This document shows, piece after piece, positions 10,829 through 21,222 of a DNA stretch of 64,000 nt. Position 1 is the first letter of the stretch. Every line of letters begins with the position of its first letter. Made by a program: the position numbers and the translations under genes. Under the pieces are notes generated by a model. It worked only from the letters and a program-made list of their open reading frames with translations. It was not told where the DNA came from and made no database searches. The DNA comes from Cyanidioschyzon merolae (taxonomy: Eukaryota): the NCBI GenBank assembly GCA_000091205.1, contig AP006502.2; one strand, given 5' to 3'.

Positions 10829-13486
10829 CTAGCTCAGCGAGCGTTCAAAATCCGGCTCTGTGGAGATGAACAGATCCATGAGGTTGCTGCCGCCAACGCC
10901 ACCGCTGCTGCTGTTGCCACAGATAGCTCTATCCCGAGTATGGTCCAGGAGAAGGCTCTCAACAGCCAGATCCTGAAGCAAGGGCGGCGACGGGCTTCGA
11001 GTGAGCGCTCCTCCGCTAACACAAGCCAACATACCACTAAAGCTACCGTCAAGCTCGTAATCTAAATGAAGCCCAGCGCCAACAGCACCTCGTCGAAATG
11101 GCGAGAAGCGTTGCACGCCGTCGATGAGCGGCGACGCGTACGGTGATGATGCTCGCCGAAGTTTAAGCGTCCCGCCCGGAGACACCGTTCCCGGGTGCAG
11201 CGTTTCTCCGCGTTCCTGTTGACGTCGAAGATTCAGCACTTCGCCATGAAAATCATCGACAGCATCCTCGCCAACGGCATGCAGGTGCTTGTACCTCGGA
11301 GGCGTAGTGTGGCCCTCTGGATCCGGAGCCCCGTACGCAACGTGCTCGGGTCGTGTCCGGTCGTCGACGTCGTCGCCCACGAAACGCGTCCGCAACGCCA
11401 CTGGTGATGCATCACGCCGCTCTGTGTTAAGTCGGGCAATACGCACGCCATGCTGACATGGAGCCGCGGACGACGCAGCGCCGGCAACTGCTGCCGATGC
11501 GACGGCGCTTGCGCTGCCGTTGCTGCGCTTTCCTGGGCCTCCCTGGCGAGCATTCGCAGCTGCTGTGTACATGAATGCTGCACTGGATTGCTCAATGGTA
11601 ACCGTCGTCGCGATGCTAGTGGCACTGCTTGCGTCAAGCGATGTCCTGATTCCTGGTTCCCGACAAACACTTCGCATGGGGAACGGTCGAATGCCGTCAT
11701 GTCCGGCCGAAGGCATCGTTGCCAACCCGCCGCCAGCCGTTGCCGCGAAGGACAAACGTGTCGGTGAGCTGCCGCTCGGTGCCATACATCGCAACGGCGA
11801 CGCCAGTTCGACAATACCATCCACCGCTTCGAGCGTGCGGCTGCTCCCGGTCGGCGATGCTGGAATGCTGAGCGGGGCTCCCGAGCCCCACGACGCGTAC
11901 GACTGCGCGGGTGCTTCGAACTCCTCGATGTCGGCACGCAGGGCCGCTTCATCGAAAGCAGAGGCCTCCACATCTGCATTGCAATCACGATTGTTCGCTA
12001 GTTGCGTATCAAACGTCAGGGCGGCTATTGGATTATGGCCCCGATCAGGCAATGCCGCCTGCAGACTGTTGTAAATCGCTGCTTCCGCTCCAAGTTTCTG
12101 TGGCGCAGCAGCCCGCCACGGGGCTGCATTTGCATCTGGCGGCACTCGGGGGTCTTTTTTGTGTGCCCGCCTGCGCAGCGCTGGTACCCAGGAGCCGTCA
12201 GCGACGTCCATGCCGTTGCGCTCTGCAACGGGCGCGCGTTCATTGCAAATCCGAGCCCGATCCGGTCCATTGCTTTGCAAAGAAAGATTCGATGTGAGCG
12301 CTGCACCTGCATGTCGTCGATGCTCTCCACCAATGCCGGCACTGAGCAGGTAACACTCGATCGCACCACCGCTCGAACGCACATGCAACTGGTAAACGAC
12401 CGCCTTGGAGGCTCGGTTTCTTGCTTTGGGATCGTCTCCCCAGAGTAACTCGGTTCCTGGGGGCGCTTGCACTGCGATAACCATGTGTTTCTGAAAAATC
12501 GACAAAGACAGAATATCTTCATCAGTCAGATAAGCATAGCGCATGACTTTCTCGGACGTACTCAAACGACGTAGATCGTCGCGCAGGATGCGAATCTGTT
12601 CATCAAGTAGACGGTCCGACTTCTCCAACTCGAGAATCTCCTCGCGCAGACGAAGGATCTCCTGGTCTGCAGCCAAGTCGACACCGCAGACAACGGCGTT
12701 TCCGTCGGTAGTGAGCCCTGCACGTTGGACGGTCGCTGTTTCGGTCTTGGCAGGTGCCTCCCCGGACGCGTCACGATTCACAGCAGCTAGTGCGGTCTTG
12801 CGGGTGCCGGGGTTCCCAGCAGCGGATTCTCCCATTCCTTTCCATCGGATGTGGTTCTTGCCTTGTTTCTCGATGATCCCGACGCCCTCAAGCACATTGG
12901 TAATGTCATATATCCGTCGCTTCTTCACACCCAAGCGTTCCGCTACTGCGTTCAAATCCAGTAAACCGTCGTCCGTTTTAAAGACTAGATCGAGAAACCG
13001 GCGCGTCAGCTTGAAGAGCGAGCAATCCTGACGACAACCGCTGCGCCGTTTCGCGACCTTGGCCCCCGACGCTCCTCCGCTGCTGGTACGCGGCGTGCGC
13101 CCCAGGTCCAGCTCGTCCTCCTGAAAACGATCGTCTGGCGAGCTACTGAGTCCATCGTTCGGGGAACGAGCCTGCAACGGAGCGTCCGCACCGCCAAGCA
13201 AGGCCGACGTTACGGGCGACGTCAAACAGGTCTCACTATCGAGCAGCGGGCGACCCAGCCAACGCTTGACGGGAGTCGTCGCCGACTCACTCAGCTCCAA
13301 GGTGCCATGACGACCAGAGCCTCCGTCGGTTTTCGAAGTAGACCGCGACTGCCGGCCGCGCGGCCTCGCCGTACTCGCGCTCGGAAGCGCATCGTCGAGG
13401 ACGGGCGAGAACTCCACACTCCCCCGAGGATAGAGCGTCGATCGCCGGCTGCGCGCCTCGGGCGTAGCGGCAGCAGATTCGCTCAT
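10829..13486 (-). CDS. E2F-family transcription factor
   Basis: 885-aa ORF. Winged-helix DNA-binding domain 'SLFKLTRRFLDLVFKTDDGLLDLNAVAERLGVKKRRIYDITNVLEGVGIIEKQGKNHIRWKG' (E2F_TDP signature RRIYDITNVLEG), followed by a leucine-zipper/coiled-coil 'LRLREEILELEKSDRLLDEQIRILRDDLRRL'. The flanks are long and low-complexity. Confidence 0.8.
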   Translation of the reverse strand: MSESAAATPEARSRRSTLYPRGSVEFSPVLDDALPSASTARPRGRQSRSTSKTDGGSGRHGTLELSESATTPVKRWLGRPLLDSETCLTSPVTSALLGGADAPLQARSPNDGLSSSPDDRFQEDELDLGRTPRTSSGGASGAKVAKRRSGCRQDCSLFKLTRRFLDLVFKTDDGLLDLNAVAERLGVKKRRIYDITNVLEGVGIIEKQGKNHIRWKGMGESAAGNPGTRKTALAAVNRDASGEAPAKTETATVQRAGLTTDGNAVVCGVDLAADQEILRLREEILELEKSDRLLDEQIRILRDDLRRLSTSEKVMRYAYLTDEDILSLSIFQKHMVIAVQAPPGTELLWGDDPKARNRASKAVVYQLHVRSSGGAIECYLLSAGIGGEHRRHAGAALTSNLSLQSNGPDRARICNERAPVAERNGMDVADGSWVPALRRRAHKKDPRVPPDANAAPWRAAAPQKLGAEAAIYNSLQAALPDRGHNPIAALTFDTQLANNRDCNADVEASAFDEAALRADIEEFEAPAQSYASWGSGAPLSIPASPTGSSRTLEAVDGIVELASPLRCMAPSGSSPTRLSFAATAGGGLATMPSAGHDGIRPFPMRSVCREPGIRTSLDASSATSIATTVTIEQSSAAFMYTAAANARQGGPGKRSNGSASAVASAAVAGAASSAAPCQHGVRIARLNTERRDASPVALRTRFVGDDVDDRTRPEHVAYGAPDPEGHTTPPRYKHLHAVGEDAVDDFHGEVLNLRRQQERGETLHPGTVSPGGTLKLRRASSPYASPLIDGVQRFSPFRRGAVGAGLHLDYELDGSFSGMLACVSGGALTRSPSPPLLQDLAVESLLLDHTRDRAICGNSSSGGVGGSNLMDLFISTEPDFERSLS

Positions 13487-13566
13487 GTGTTCCGGTTAAC
13501 GAGCAACAGCCCGGTAAACAGTTAGCGTCTAGGTTGTGCACCTGCACAATAAGCGACTCAATCGTG

Positions 13567-13595
13567 CACACACACACACACACGCAAACACACCG
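13567..13595. repeat. (CA)n microsatellite
   Basis: Directly visible run 'cacacacacacacacacgcaaacacac' in the intergenic region between the two E2F genes. Confidence 0.8.
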
Positions 13596-13797
13596 CGCAC
13601 CAGGGCACTGTATCGCAGGCAGACCCTCCGTGGAGCACGCAAAATGTAACGGCCTTGCGGGAGCACGTCACACACGTGCTGCCGCCAGATGTGTACCGAG
13701 GCGGCGCTCCGACGAACGCCGCGCGCAGATCATCCGCCACCGAAGGCGGCAACGGCGATGCAGCGTATCGACGCTTCGATGCACGCATCGCCGCCAA

Positions 13798-13926
13798 TTT
13801 CCCGCGCTTTCGCTACGTGGCGCCGCGCGTCACGAGTTTCGTTACTGCAGCGGGCGAGCGGGCGCGCGTGCGCCTGCCCTACAGCGTGTGTCCGTGCTCT
13901 GGGAAGGATCGATGGCGGTTTCCCGC
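13798..13926. promoter_or_regulatory. Two TTTCCCGC motifs (E2F consensus TTTSSCGC) upstream of the E2F gene at 13486
   Basis: 'tttcccgc' occurs at 13798-13805 and 13919-13926, which is 312 and 433 bp upstream of the minus-strand E2F start codon. A third copy at 1675-1682 is not in a promoter context. An 8-mer in GC-rich DNA is only weakly significant. Confidence 0.2.
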
Positions 13927-14187
13927 TTGCTTTACGCTCGGATCATGGGATGCACGATCGCGTCGATCTTGACCGTTGATACGCGAGCAGTGCATGAACG
14001 GACACGTGTCCGCTGTATGGAGCGCTACAGAGGCACGGCGTCGATACCGATGCATGCACACTGGAATCGCGTGCGTGTGCGTGCCACCTGGCGCTGCATG
14101 CAGCGGACACGTGTTCGTTTGGGCATATCCCTACGTCATCGCCTTGGCGTTCGGCGCTGCGAGCATTCGCCCGTCGAAGGCGATGAC

Positions 14188-15972
14188 TCAGCGGTATCGC
14201 TGACGCTTCACCGGACGCATGTCCGCGAGGCAACGGTTTGGATCCAGGCTCTGGAGAGGCCCGTCACGGCGATAGGATGCCTTGCGTACCGACGCTACAG
14301 ATACCGGTGTGGTGGCCTCAATAGCGGGGACCGGGATGAGTTGCGCGGCTGCCGGTACACGGAGACGGCATTGCAGAGCAGCGCTATCACCAGTGCCGAT
14401 GTGCCTCTCTGCGCTCAGCGGCGGGTGCGAGCTCGCCCAGAATCCCGTCAAGCCACTGTTATCGCACGGGCGTAGTAGGAACCAGCGCTTCTTCGATGTC
14501 GCATGCTGATGTCCGCGTTCGTCGAGCTCCGAAGCCACAACCGTGGCCGTCTCCAGGGCGCATGTCACGGTGCTTCCGGGGCGGTAGAGAAGCTGGCGGA
14601 GGAGGTCTCGTAGTCGACAACGCAGGTTATGCAAATCATCGTCTAATTCAGAGCTGATGTTTGCAAGATCTTCCAGTTGTCTTTCGAGATGCGCGCGCTG
14701 CGCACGAGCGCCTGTCGCTGCGCTCAGCAGTCGGCTCGGGGTCAGACTTCGTAAACGAATGCGCATCGAGGGTGTTTTGTAGTTACCGCCGCGCGCTTCT
14801 CGCTCGAGAATGCCGATCGCCTCGAGCACGCTGATGACGTCGTAGATTCGACGAGGAGCTACCTTCAACGCTGTCGCTAAGCTCGAGCACGTCTGGTGCT
14901 CGGCGTACGATGCTTTTCCTTCGGCCTGCGGAGCAAACAGTCCCAGCAAATGCGCCGTCAGAAATCCAATGCTCCGCGCATAGCGACCCGAGGTACGTGG
15001 CGAGTCTGGGTGGCAATCCTCACCGGTCGCAGGACCTGATCCATGCAAATGCTGGTCATGCGGTCGCGGGTGGTACGGGTGGAAATGCTTCAGCAGAAAC
15101 GATGGATTGGTCATAAGGATTCCGATATCTATATCGGGGTGTGCAGCGTACGGGCTCGACGGCGTGTCTGCCGCCGCGGCGCTCGGCGATGCCTGTTCCG
15201 CCACGGATGCTGCAATGCACTGCCGCACCGTGAGTTGCTCGGATGCGACGTTCCTGCGGCCGAGCGTCTGCTTTTCTCGGGCCCCTGAAGCTTCGTACAA
15301 CGCATCCATCAGAGAGCGGGGTTGCAGCGGTTGGTGCTCTGTTCCACGGATTGGGCGGCGAGGTTGTGGTCGTCGTCCTGGCGATCCAGCGCTCGGCGCG
15401 TTCAGAACTGTATCGCCTCTGTCCGCAGCGAGTCGATCAATCTGCTCGGTGCACCAGCCCGGCCACTCTTTGTCGGGTGCCTGCCCCAGGCACGCTCTCA
15501 GCGTCGGTGAAAATGCCGATACGCCGAGCGGCGAACTCGACACGCCCTGCGACATACGCCGATAAGACACCGGCGTCTTCGGAATATCTGGGCTCACATA
15601 CCACAGAAAACTCTCAATGCCCCCGAATGAACACGGACTCTGGGGAACAGCCGTTGCTTGCGTCACTGGTCGGGCCGGTGCGACCGCACTGCCGCTGTCT
15701 GTGGCCTCGACAGCTCGAAAGCGACTATTCCTCGACCAGGGTATGAGGTCATGTGGTGACCACTCTGAAAGCGGCAGCCACGGCGGTGCTCCTCTGGAGG
15801 TCGGCTCGGGTGAGGCGGCCCGCGTCCGCCCAGCGGCTCCGTCAGCAAGTGCTTGGCTTGGTGTATCGGGGTGTTCCTTGGCGACGCGTTGCGCGTTGCC
15901 CGCGCTAGCCACGCGCTCGGGGAAAGCGGCCACCTCATCGCATAAGAGCGCTTTCCAGTCGATGTCGTCCAT
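14188..15972 (-). CDS. E2F-like winged-helix transcription factor (second, divergent paralogue)
   Basis: 594-aa ORF. 'RYARSIGFLTAHLLGLFAPQ...SLATALKVAPRRIYDVISVLEAIGILERE' follows the E2F DNA-binding pattern (R.DtSLG.LT..F..L....RRIYD...VLE.IGLI). A coiled-coil 'LERQLEDLANISSELDDDLHNLRCRLRDLLRQ' lies downstream. It is on the same strand as, and adjacent to, the E2F gene at 10829-13486. Confidence 0.65.
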   Translation of the reverse strand: MDDIDWKALLCDEVAAFPERVASAGNAQRVAKEHPDTPSQALADGAAGRTRAASPEPTSRGAPPWLPLSEWSPHDLIPWSRNSRFRAVEATDSGSAVAPARPVTQATAVPQSPCSFGGIESFLWYVSPDIPKTPVSYRRMSQGVSSSPLGVSAFSPTLRACLGQAPDKEWPGWCTEQIDRLAADRGDTVLNAPSAGSPGRRPQPRRPIRGTEHQPLQPRSLMDALYEASGAREKQTLGRRNVASEQLTVRQCIAASVAEQASPSAAAADTPSSPYAAHPDIDIGILMTNPSFLLKHFHPYHPRPHDQHLHGSGPATGEDCHPDSPRTSGRYARSIGFLTAHLLGLFAPQAEGKASYAEHQTCSSLATALKVAPRRIYDVISVLEAIGILEREARGGNYKTPSMRIRLRSLTPSRLLSAATGARAQRAHLERQLEDLANISSELDDDLHNLRCRLRDLLRQLLYRPGSTVTCALETATVVASELDERGHQHATSKKRWFLLRPCDNSGLTGFWASSHPPLSAERHIGTGDSAALQCRLRVPAAAQLIPVPAIEATTPVSVASVRKASYRRDGPLQSLDPNRCLADMRPVKRQRYR

Positions 15973-17427
15973 TATGAGAGCATAAACTCGAGATCAGGTG
16001 CCCAATCACATCTAGTCTCTTTAGAGCTGACCCAGTATACTCGTTGAGTGCAGCACGTGCAAGAATTGAAACCTGGTGGCGGGAAAAATGTCGAGTTGGC
16101 GAGTGGCGCCGAGTGCGGCGTACCACGTGCTGCCGGTCGAAGCGATGGCATCTTGAGTTGTCCTTTAGGTTCACGTTTGAGCAAAAACTACTCGATGCCA
16201 TCCGCAGGCCCTTCGCCAGCTGCAGCTCAGCGTTGGCATCCTGCGTTTCATACGAGCAGTAGGATCCTGCTATGGCTGGGGCTCAGCGTCGGGGAATTAG
16301 CGGATGTTTTGTCGAGCAAGGCTCTCTGGTACGTAGCAGCGACCTGTAAGCGGTGCTATGACGGGTTGCTCGTGCCAGGAGCGGCCGTGATCGGTTCGTA
16401 CTCCCGAAATAAAATGCCGTGTCAGATTACTACAGAATAGGAGCTTCTCGCAAAGTTCTTACCTTTCGATACTGCTTGAACATTTGTTGAGATTTAGTAC
16501 TTCGACAACCCAGGTATAGCTATAAGGGCTTATAGATTCGTGAGTCGTTTCGGGATTATCGGTTGGGGTGTCGGCGTGGCGCCTTTAGCGATTTGCAGCT
16601 GGAGTTCCTTAGGTTATTGGAAACAAGATGATTCGCGATGCCTGCGAACACGCGCACTTACAATAACCGATGTCATTGACCAGTGCACTCGTGCAAGTTT
16701 TCATGCTTTCCCTTTGGATACCGTGGAGCAGGCGCACATCACGCAATCCTCGGTTTTCCCGATCTTTGTTTCTTGAGGGAGCTCGTGCGCGCAGCAACTT
16801 GCACAGCTGGACTGGCGATGAACAATATTCGACGGTGTCATTTGTCGACTTGTTGACAAGTTCATGCCGAAACACCACTGAAATTTTCACGTCAAATAAT
16901 CCGTTTTGTTCAAAAGACGAGTCCTGCTCTCTTTCTAGCCATCGACGTAACCGCATTCGATACCACCAGCAGCAGCAGCAGCATGATACCTGTCAGGGGA
17001 TGTGCTCCCAGATGCGTCCATTTCATCTCTTTCCATGGAAAAGAATATTTGACTCGGCATTCTGTCATTGCGACGATGGCCTAGTTTCGACAGATTGTCA
17101 TCACTTTGCACGAGGTGAGCGTAGATGGATCGAAATTTTTCGACTTGTTCCCAAGCATAGATCATACTTCCCATGCTTGGCGCATGATGATAAACATCGC
17201 TTGCCACAAATCCTTTATCGAATCGTGCAGCGTGCGCCTCTACGTGTCGCAAGCAGCATATTCGCCACGGACGTTGCCCGGAAGAGGCCCGTAATTGTAG
17301 CGTATGGCACCGGGCGTAGAAACTGAGCAGGGCTTGCACGGGAGCCCTCAGAATCCGTCAAGGGCATGAACGGAACGTTAACGAAATTCTTTCCTCGCGA
17401 CAGGAGTCCTTCGAATGAGAGATTGTA

Positions 17428-17670
17428 GTGGATCCCTACGTAAACATGACCAGCGACAAGCGTCAACACTGCGACGGGCGCACCAGCGCTGTATTCAGAT
17501 GGGATGCACATCGTAAGCGACGTGTAGATCGCAACTATCGCCTGTGCATGAAATGCGTCGACCAGCGCCAGGATCAGCAAAATCGGGATTTGAACGCAAC
17601 CATCAACATCTTTCGACAACTAGCAACGAAGCTGTACGAGTACGAGAGACCGGCGCATTCAAAGCCATAG
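17428..17670 (+). pseudogene. TnpB/Fanzor-like C-terminal remnant (copy B) inside an AT-richer island (about 16400-18180)
   Basis: 80-aa ORF ending 'TSAVFRW...NYRLCMKCVDQRQDQQNRDLNATINIFRQLATKLYEYERPAH'. This is a CxxC zinc-finger remnant plus the RDxNAxINI RuvC-III motif, closely similar to copies C and D. No intact upstream RuvC-I/II region was identified. Confidence 0.4.
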
Positions 17671-18455
17671 ATAACAGAGTGGACTATGAAGCACTCGCCG
17701 AAGCAAGGCCCAAATCCTGGTTTTCATACCATGGCGATTTACCCAGACTATAGTATGTACGCCCGGGCTGGTTAAATGGACCGGTTCCTCTTTGCCCTAA
17801 AGTACGCAGAGAACACAGACACGCTGAGCGATTCTGAGCAGCACTGGAGTGACTTCTCGGAAAGTGGAACCGTCGTTGGATCCCCGAACTCCATGTCCAT
17901 ACGTTTCCCTTAGATTTCATATTTCTTCAGATGAACGCAATTCGTACATATCTGTTATAATCCGCGAGAAAGCATTTGATTACATGCATCTCGAACTGGA
18001 ACCCAATTCAGCCGAAAAACTGGAAATGGGCATACGAGATCGCCCGTGCGTCCGCAATCCTAACGACCGCATCGACGAAGGTGATCCAACAATGGACAAA
18101 AGATATCTTGCACATCGCCTCGCACACGTCGCATGCTAAATACTCAATCATAGTCATTTAGGCATATTTATATCCTAAAAGTACACAGTGTTTCCGATCG
18201 CCCCCAAGCTGATGCGCACTGCCCGCGTCCCCGCAGACACGCGAAAGAGCGCGCGCGCGCGCGGCTGAAGGCTCGCGATCTCCGCATACCCGCAGTAGCG
18301 CCCCATGGGCGGTGGCGGCAGCGCTCCTTGGCGCCAACGCTGATCCCGCGCATGCATGCGAGCGCACGCACTGTAGCGCGTCACGCTGTGACCTGTAGAC
18401 GCCATAGCATTTCGGGTCCTGAGGCAGTGGAGCAACACGCTCAACATCGACTGAA

Positions 18456-20282
18456 ATGCGTTCAAGTCCAATGTTCATTCTTCAGCGTTCAAGCTTCGTC
18501 ACTTCGGATGGCAGCCTATTTGGCAAGGTCCAGGGACAGCGACAAGCTCGCAAGTGGCGTGGCGGCGCTGTACGGCAGCTGCAGGCGTCAATGGAAGCGG
18601 GGAACGTGGCTCGGCGGCGCTGGGCGTTCCAGCAGGCGAAACGGCAGGCAGAGGAAACTATTCGTAAAGTGCAAGAAGCTCGCAGGAAGCAAGAAGAGTT
18701 GATGCAAGCCCTCGATATGCCGGTTAGAGCGCCCCCGCCGCCTCCAACGTCCGTGGTTCGGGATACCTCCCACTTGGAGGCTGTGCGGCGAGAAATCGAG
18801 GCCAATCGACAAGCCGCCCAACGCGCCGCCGAGCTGGCAAGAGAAGAAAGCAAGGCGACAGGGCGTGCGGCTGGAGCAGCGACAAGCACTGCAACCTCTT
18901 CAGGGGTGACGGCGGGAAGCGGCCGGGACTCGACGGCGGGGCGGAGTGCTGCTGCGGCCGCTGGCTCGGTTTCAGCACCTAGCACCGCCGCTTCTAAGGA
19001 TGCGAAGGGCGCGGCGGGCTCTGGAGATGCGGGTACCGCTGCCCCAAAAGCAGCAGGCAGCGCTAGTACCCCTACATCGCCATCTGCATCAGCCGGCGCC
19101 ACAGCGACGAATCGAGCGAGCGGCAGCATGCCTGCTACAGGGTCAGCAGCATCGACCAAGTCGAGTCCAGCACCGCCAGCGAGTGAGACAAGCGGTGGTC
19201 GCACTAGCCAACCGCCGAAAACAAGCGCATCAGCGAGCGAGCCGGGATCTGGCGGTGCTGATGGCCCTACGAAGACCGACCGTCAGGGCAAGCAACCAAG
19301 CATGCTTGCGTCGACAACAACGACGACGACGACGACAAGTCCCTCATCGTCTCCGAACGAGCTGGGAAGGCACCGCTTGAGTGAGCGCGAGCTGCGACCG
19401 AGCTTTACAACACCAGGCGAATCGGATCGAGAACTTGAAAGCTTGCGACGCGCACGTGATGAAGCATTGCCACAAACGAAACGGGGCGTCTCTTTCGGTG
19501 ATGATTCTACACGAGACGACTCGGGGTCGGCACAGCCGTTCGTCCCCGAATGGACATCGCCGGGGAACGCATCTGCACCATCGTCTGGTCCGAACAGGGC
19601 GCCGTTGGGGTCCCGCGTTCAGCCGTCCGACGGGGCTGTAACCTACTCCGCGCCACGTGACGCTACGTACATCGCCTCAGAGACGGAATCAATAACTGCC
19701 CCTAGAAGTACCACAGCGTCTGTGACTCCGTCATCCGCTGGTTCGGAAAGAAACGCCCAGGATCGGGACACAGGCCTACGGAACGGAACGCGTTCCGAAA
19801 TGGACATGCCTTCCAACGACAGGGATGCCAGCAGAAGCGCTGCACCCAAGGGTTTTGGGATGTATATTCGCCGGGCCGGCCGCGAAAACAAACAAACCCA
19901 ACATGGTGATTCGCCGGCAGATGGGTTACCGATGCCTCAAGGCTCCCTCGGAGACGAGTCTTCAACCCGCGATGCCTCCCGGAACCCAGGTGGCGAGTCA
20001 CCGGTGCCAAATGCTCGAATTCATGGAAGCCGCGCACCAGTGACGACAACGAATGGTGTCGCAGGGAGCCCGGCTACCTCGTCCCGAAACACCCCGAATG
20101 TGGCGGCAGACCTGGAACACAAAGTGATCGATCATCTGCGTTCGGGGACGCTGACCACCTTGACGGTACCACAATTGCGCTCGTTTCTGCAGCAGCAGAA
20201 ATTGCCAACCACGGGTAAGAAGAAAGACCTTGTCGAGCAGGTGGAGCGCTGGTGGCAAGCAGCGCATCACCAAATTCGCTGA
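18456..20282 (+). CDS. Low-complexity nuclear protein with C-terminal SAP motif
   Basis: 608-aa ORF. It has an N-terminal coiled-coil, then long Ala/Ser/Thr/Gly/Pro-rich sequence including poly-Thr encoded by (acg/aca)n near 19315-19345. The C-terminal 'LTTLTVPQLRSFLQQQKLPTTGKKKDLVEQVERWW' fits the SAP helix-extension-helix motif. Confidence 0.55.
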   Translation: MRSSPMFILQRSSFVTSDGSLFGKVQGQRQARKWRGGAVRQLQASMEAGNVARRRWAFQQAKRQAEETIRKVQEARRKQEELMQALDMPVRAPPPPPTSVVRDTSHLEAVRREIEANRQAAQRAAELAREESKATGRAAGAATSTATSSGVTAGSGRDSTAGRSAAAAAGSVSAPSTAASKDAKGAAGSGDAGTAAPKAAGSASTPTSPSASAGATATNRASGSMPATGSAASTKSSPAPPASETSGGRTSQPPKTSASASEPGSGGADGPTKTDRQGKQPSMLASTTTTTTTTSPSSSPNELGRHRLSERELRPSFTTPGESDRELESLRRARDEALPQTKRGVSFGDDSTRDDSGSAQPFVPEWTSPGNASAPSSGPNRAPLGSRVQPSDGAVTYSAPRDATYIASETESITAPRSTTASVTPSSAGSERNAQDRDTGLRNGTRSEMDMPSNDRDASRSAAPKGFGMYIRRAGRENKQTQHGDSPADGLPMPQGSLGDESSTRDASRNPGGESPVPNARIHGSRAPVTTTNGVAGSPATSSRNTPNVAADLEHKVIDHLRSGTLTTLTVPQLRSFLQQQKLPTTGKKKDLVEQVERWWQAAHHQIR

Positions 20283-21222
20283 ATGAACACCAGCAGCAAC
20301 AGCAGCAGCAGCAGCATCAAGGCGAAGTGCACCTGACTGGGGCGATGCGCTGCGACCCCGAGCACCGCATCGTCGGTGACTGGGTCCTTGACGCAGAGCG
20401 ACGCAAGCATACGAACTGTTAGCATCCGGGGAGGGAGCGCTCTGTTTGTCAATACGTGGGCGCAAGTATGTTGTTCCGTTGCAAATGGACAGGGAACGGG
20501 TTAAGGGCACACAATAGAAACACAGCTAAAGGGCTCGAACCATTTGTGTGGTTCCTTGGCAACGCCAGGGACTCGAGGTTCAGCACAAGTGACGCTTGCG
20601 CTCGTTGCCAATCAGTTCACCGACCGGGACTGGGTATCTCGGGGGACCCTCAAAGCGCCCCAGTAACCGGCAGACTCGACGCGACGTATCGGGATCGTAA
20701 AAGACTCGCAACCGGGAACGCGTATACAGTACACTCGCCCGAACCGCTGGACGTTGATTCCGATCTTTTTTTCACCCGTACGCCAACATAGTTCCGCGCA
20801 AGTTTCTACAGCGTTTCTCATGGCACCAAAGTTTTCAAAGCACGGCTCCTGGCGAGGTTTCCGCAAAACACAACTGCAGGCCGTCGAAAGGTGGCAGGGC
20901 GACAGAGACCTGTTGCCTTTCGGGTGCCAGCATACCGTGCTTCATATACCTGCCATGAAACCTGTAGAGCCTCTTGGTCAGATACGGGTCCCATACGCCC
21001 GTCCAGCTCCGCATGTAACAATAATCAGAACACGAATCGTGTATCTGTTTAGCGAACGCAGAAAAGCAATGCAAAAACGCATCGCATCGCTGCCGCTGCC
21101 AAGCCAAATCTCCAACAGTACCGCCCGGGTACGGAGTTCAGGTCGCTGTACTCGAGGCAACACTGCCGAGCGGGTCTGCGCTCTCTACGAAAACCAACAA
21201 CCCATTCATCCGCTACGCGAAT

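Noticed and set aside
13534-14475. 313-aa ORF between the two E2F genes
   Set aside because: The translation is extremely Arg/Cys-rich ('RRRQRRCSVSTLRCTHRR'), begins in the (CA)n microsatellite and overlaps the 3' end of the second E2F gene on the opposite strand. It is most likely non-coding promoter or UTR sequence.
20288-20320. (CAG/CAA)n tract as a poly-Gln coding repeat
   Set aside because: It starts right after the SAP-protein stop codon (20280-20282), so it lies in the 3' UTR. The minus-strand poly-Leu ORF 20267-20452 has no other support.
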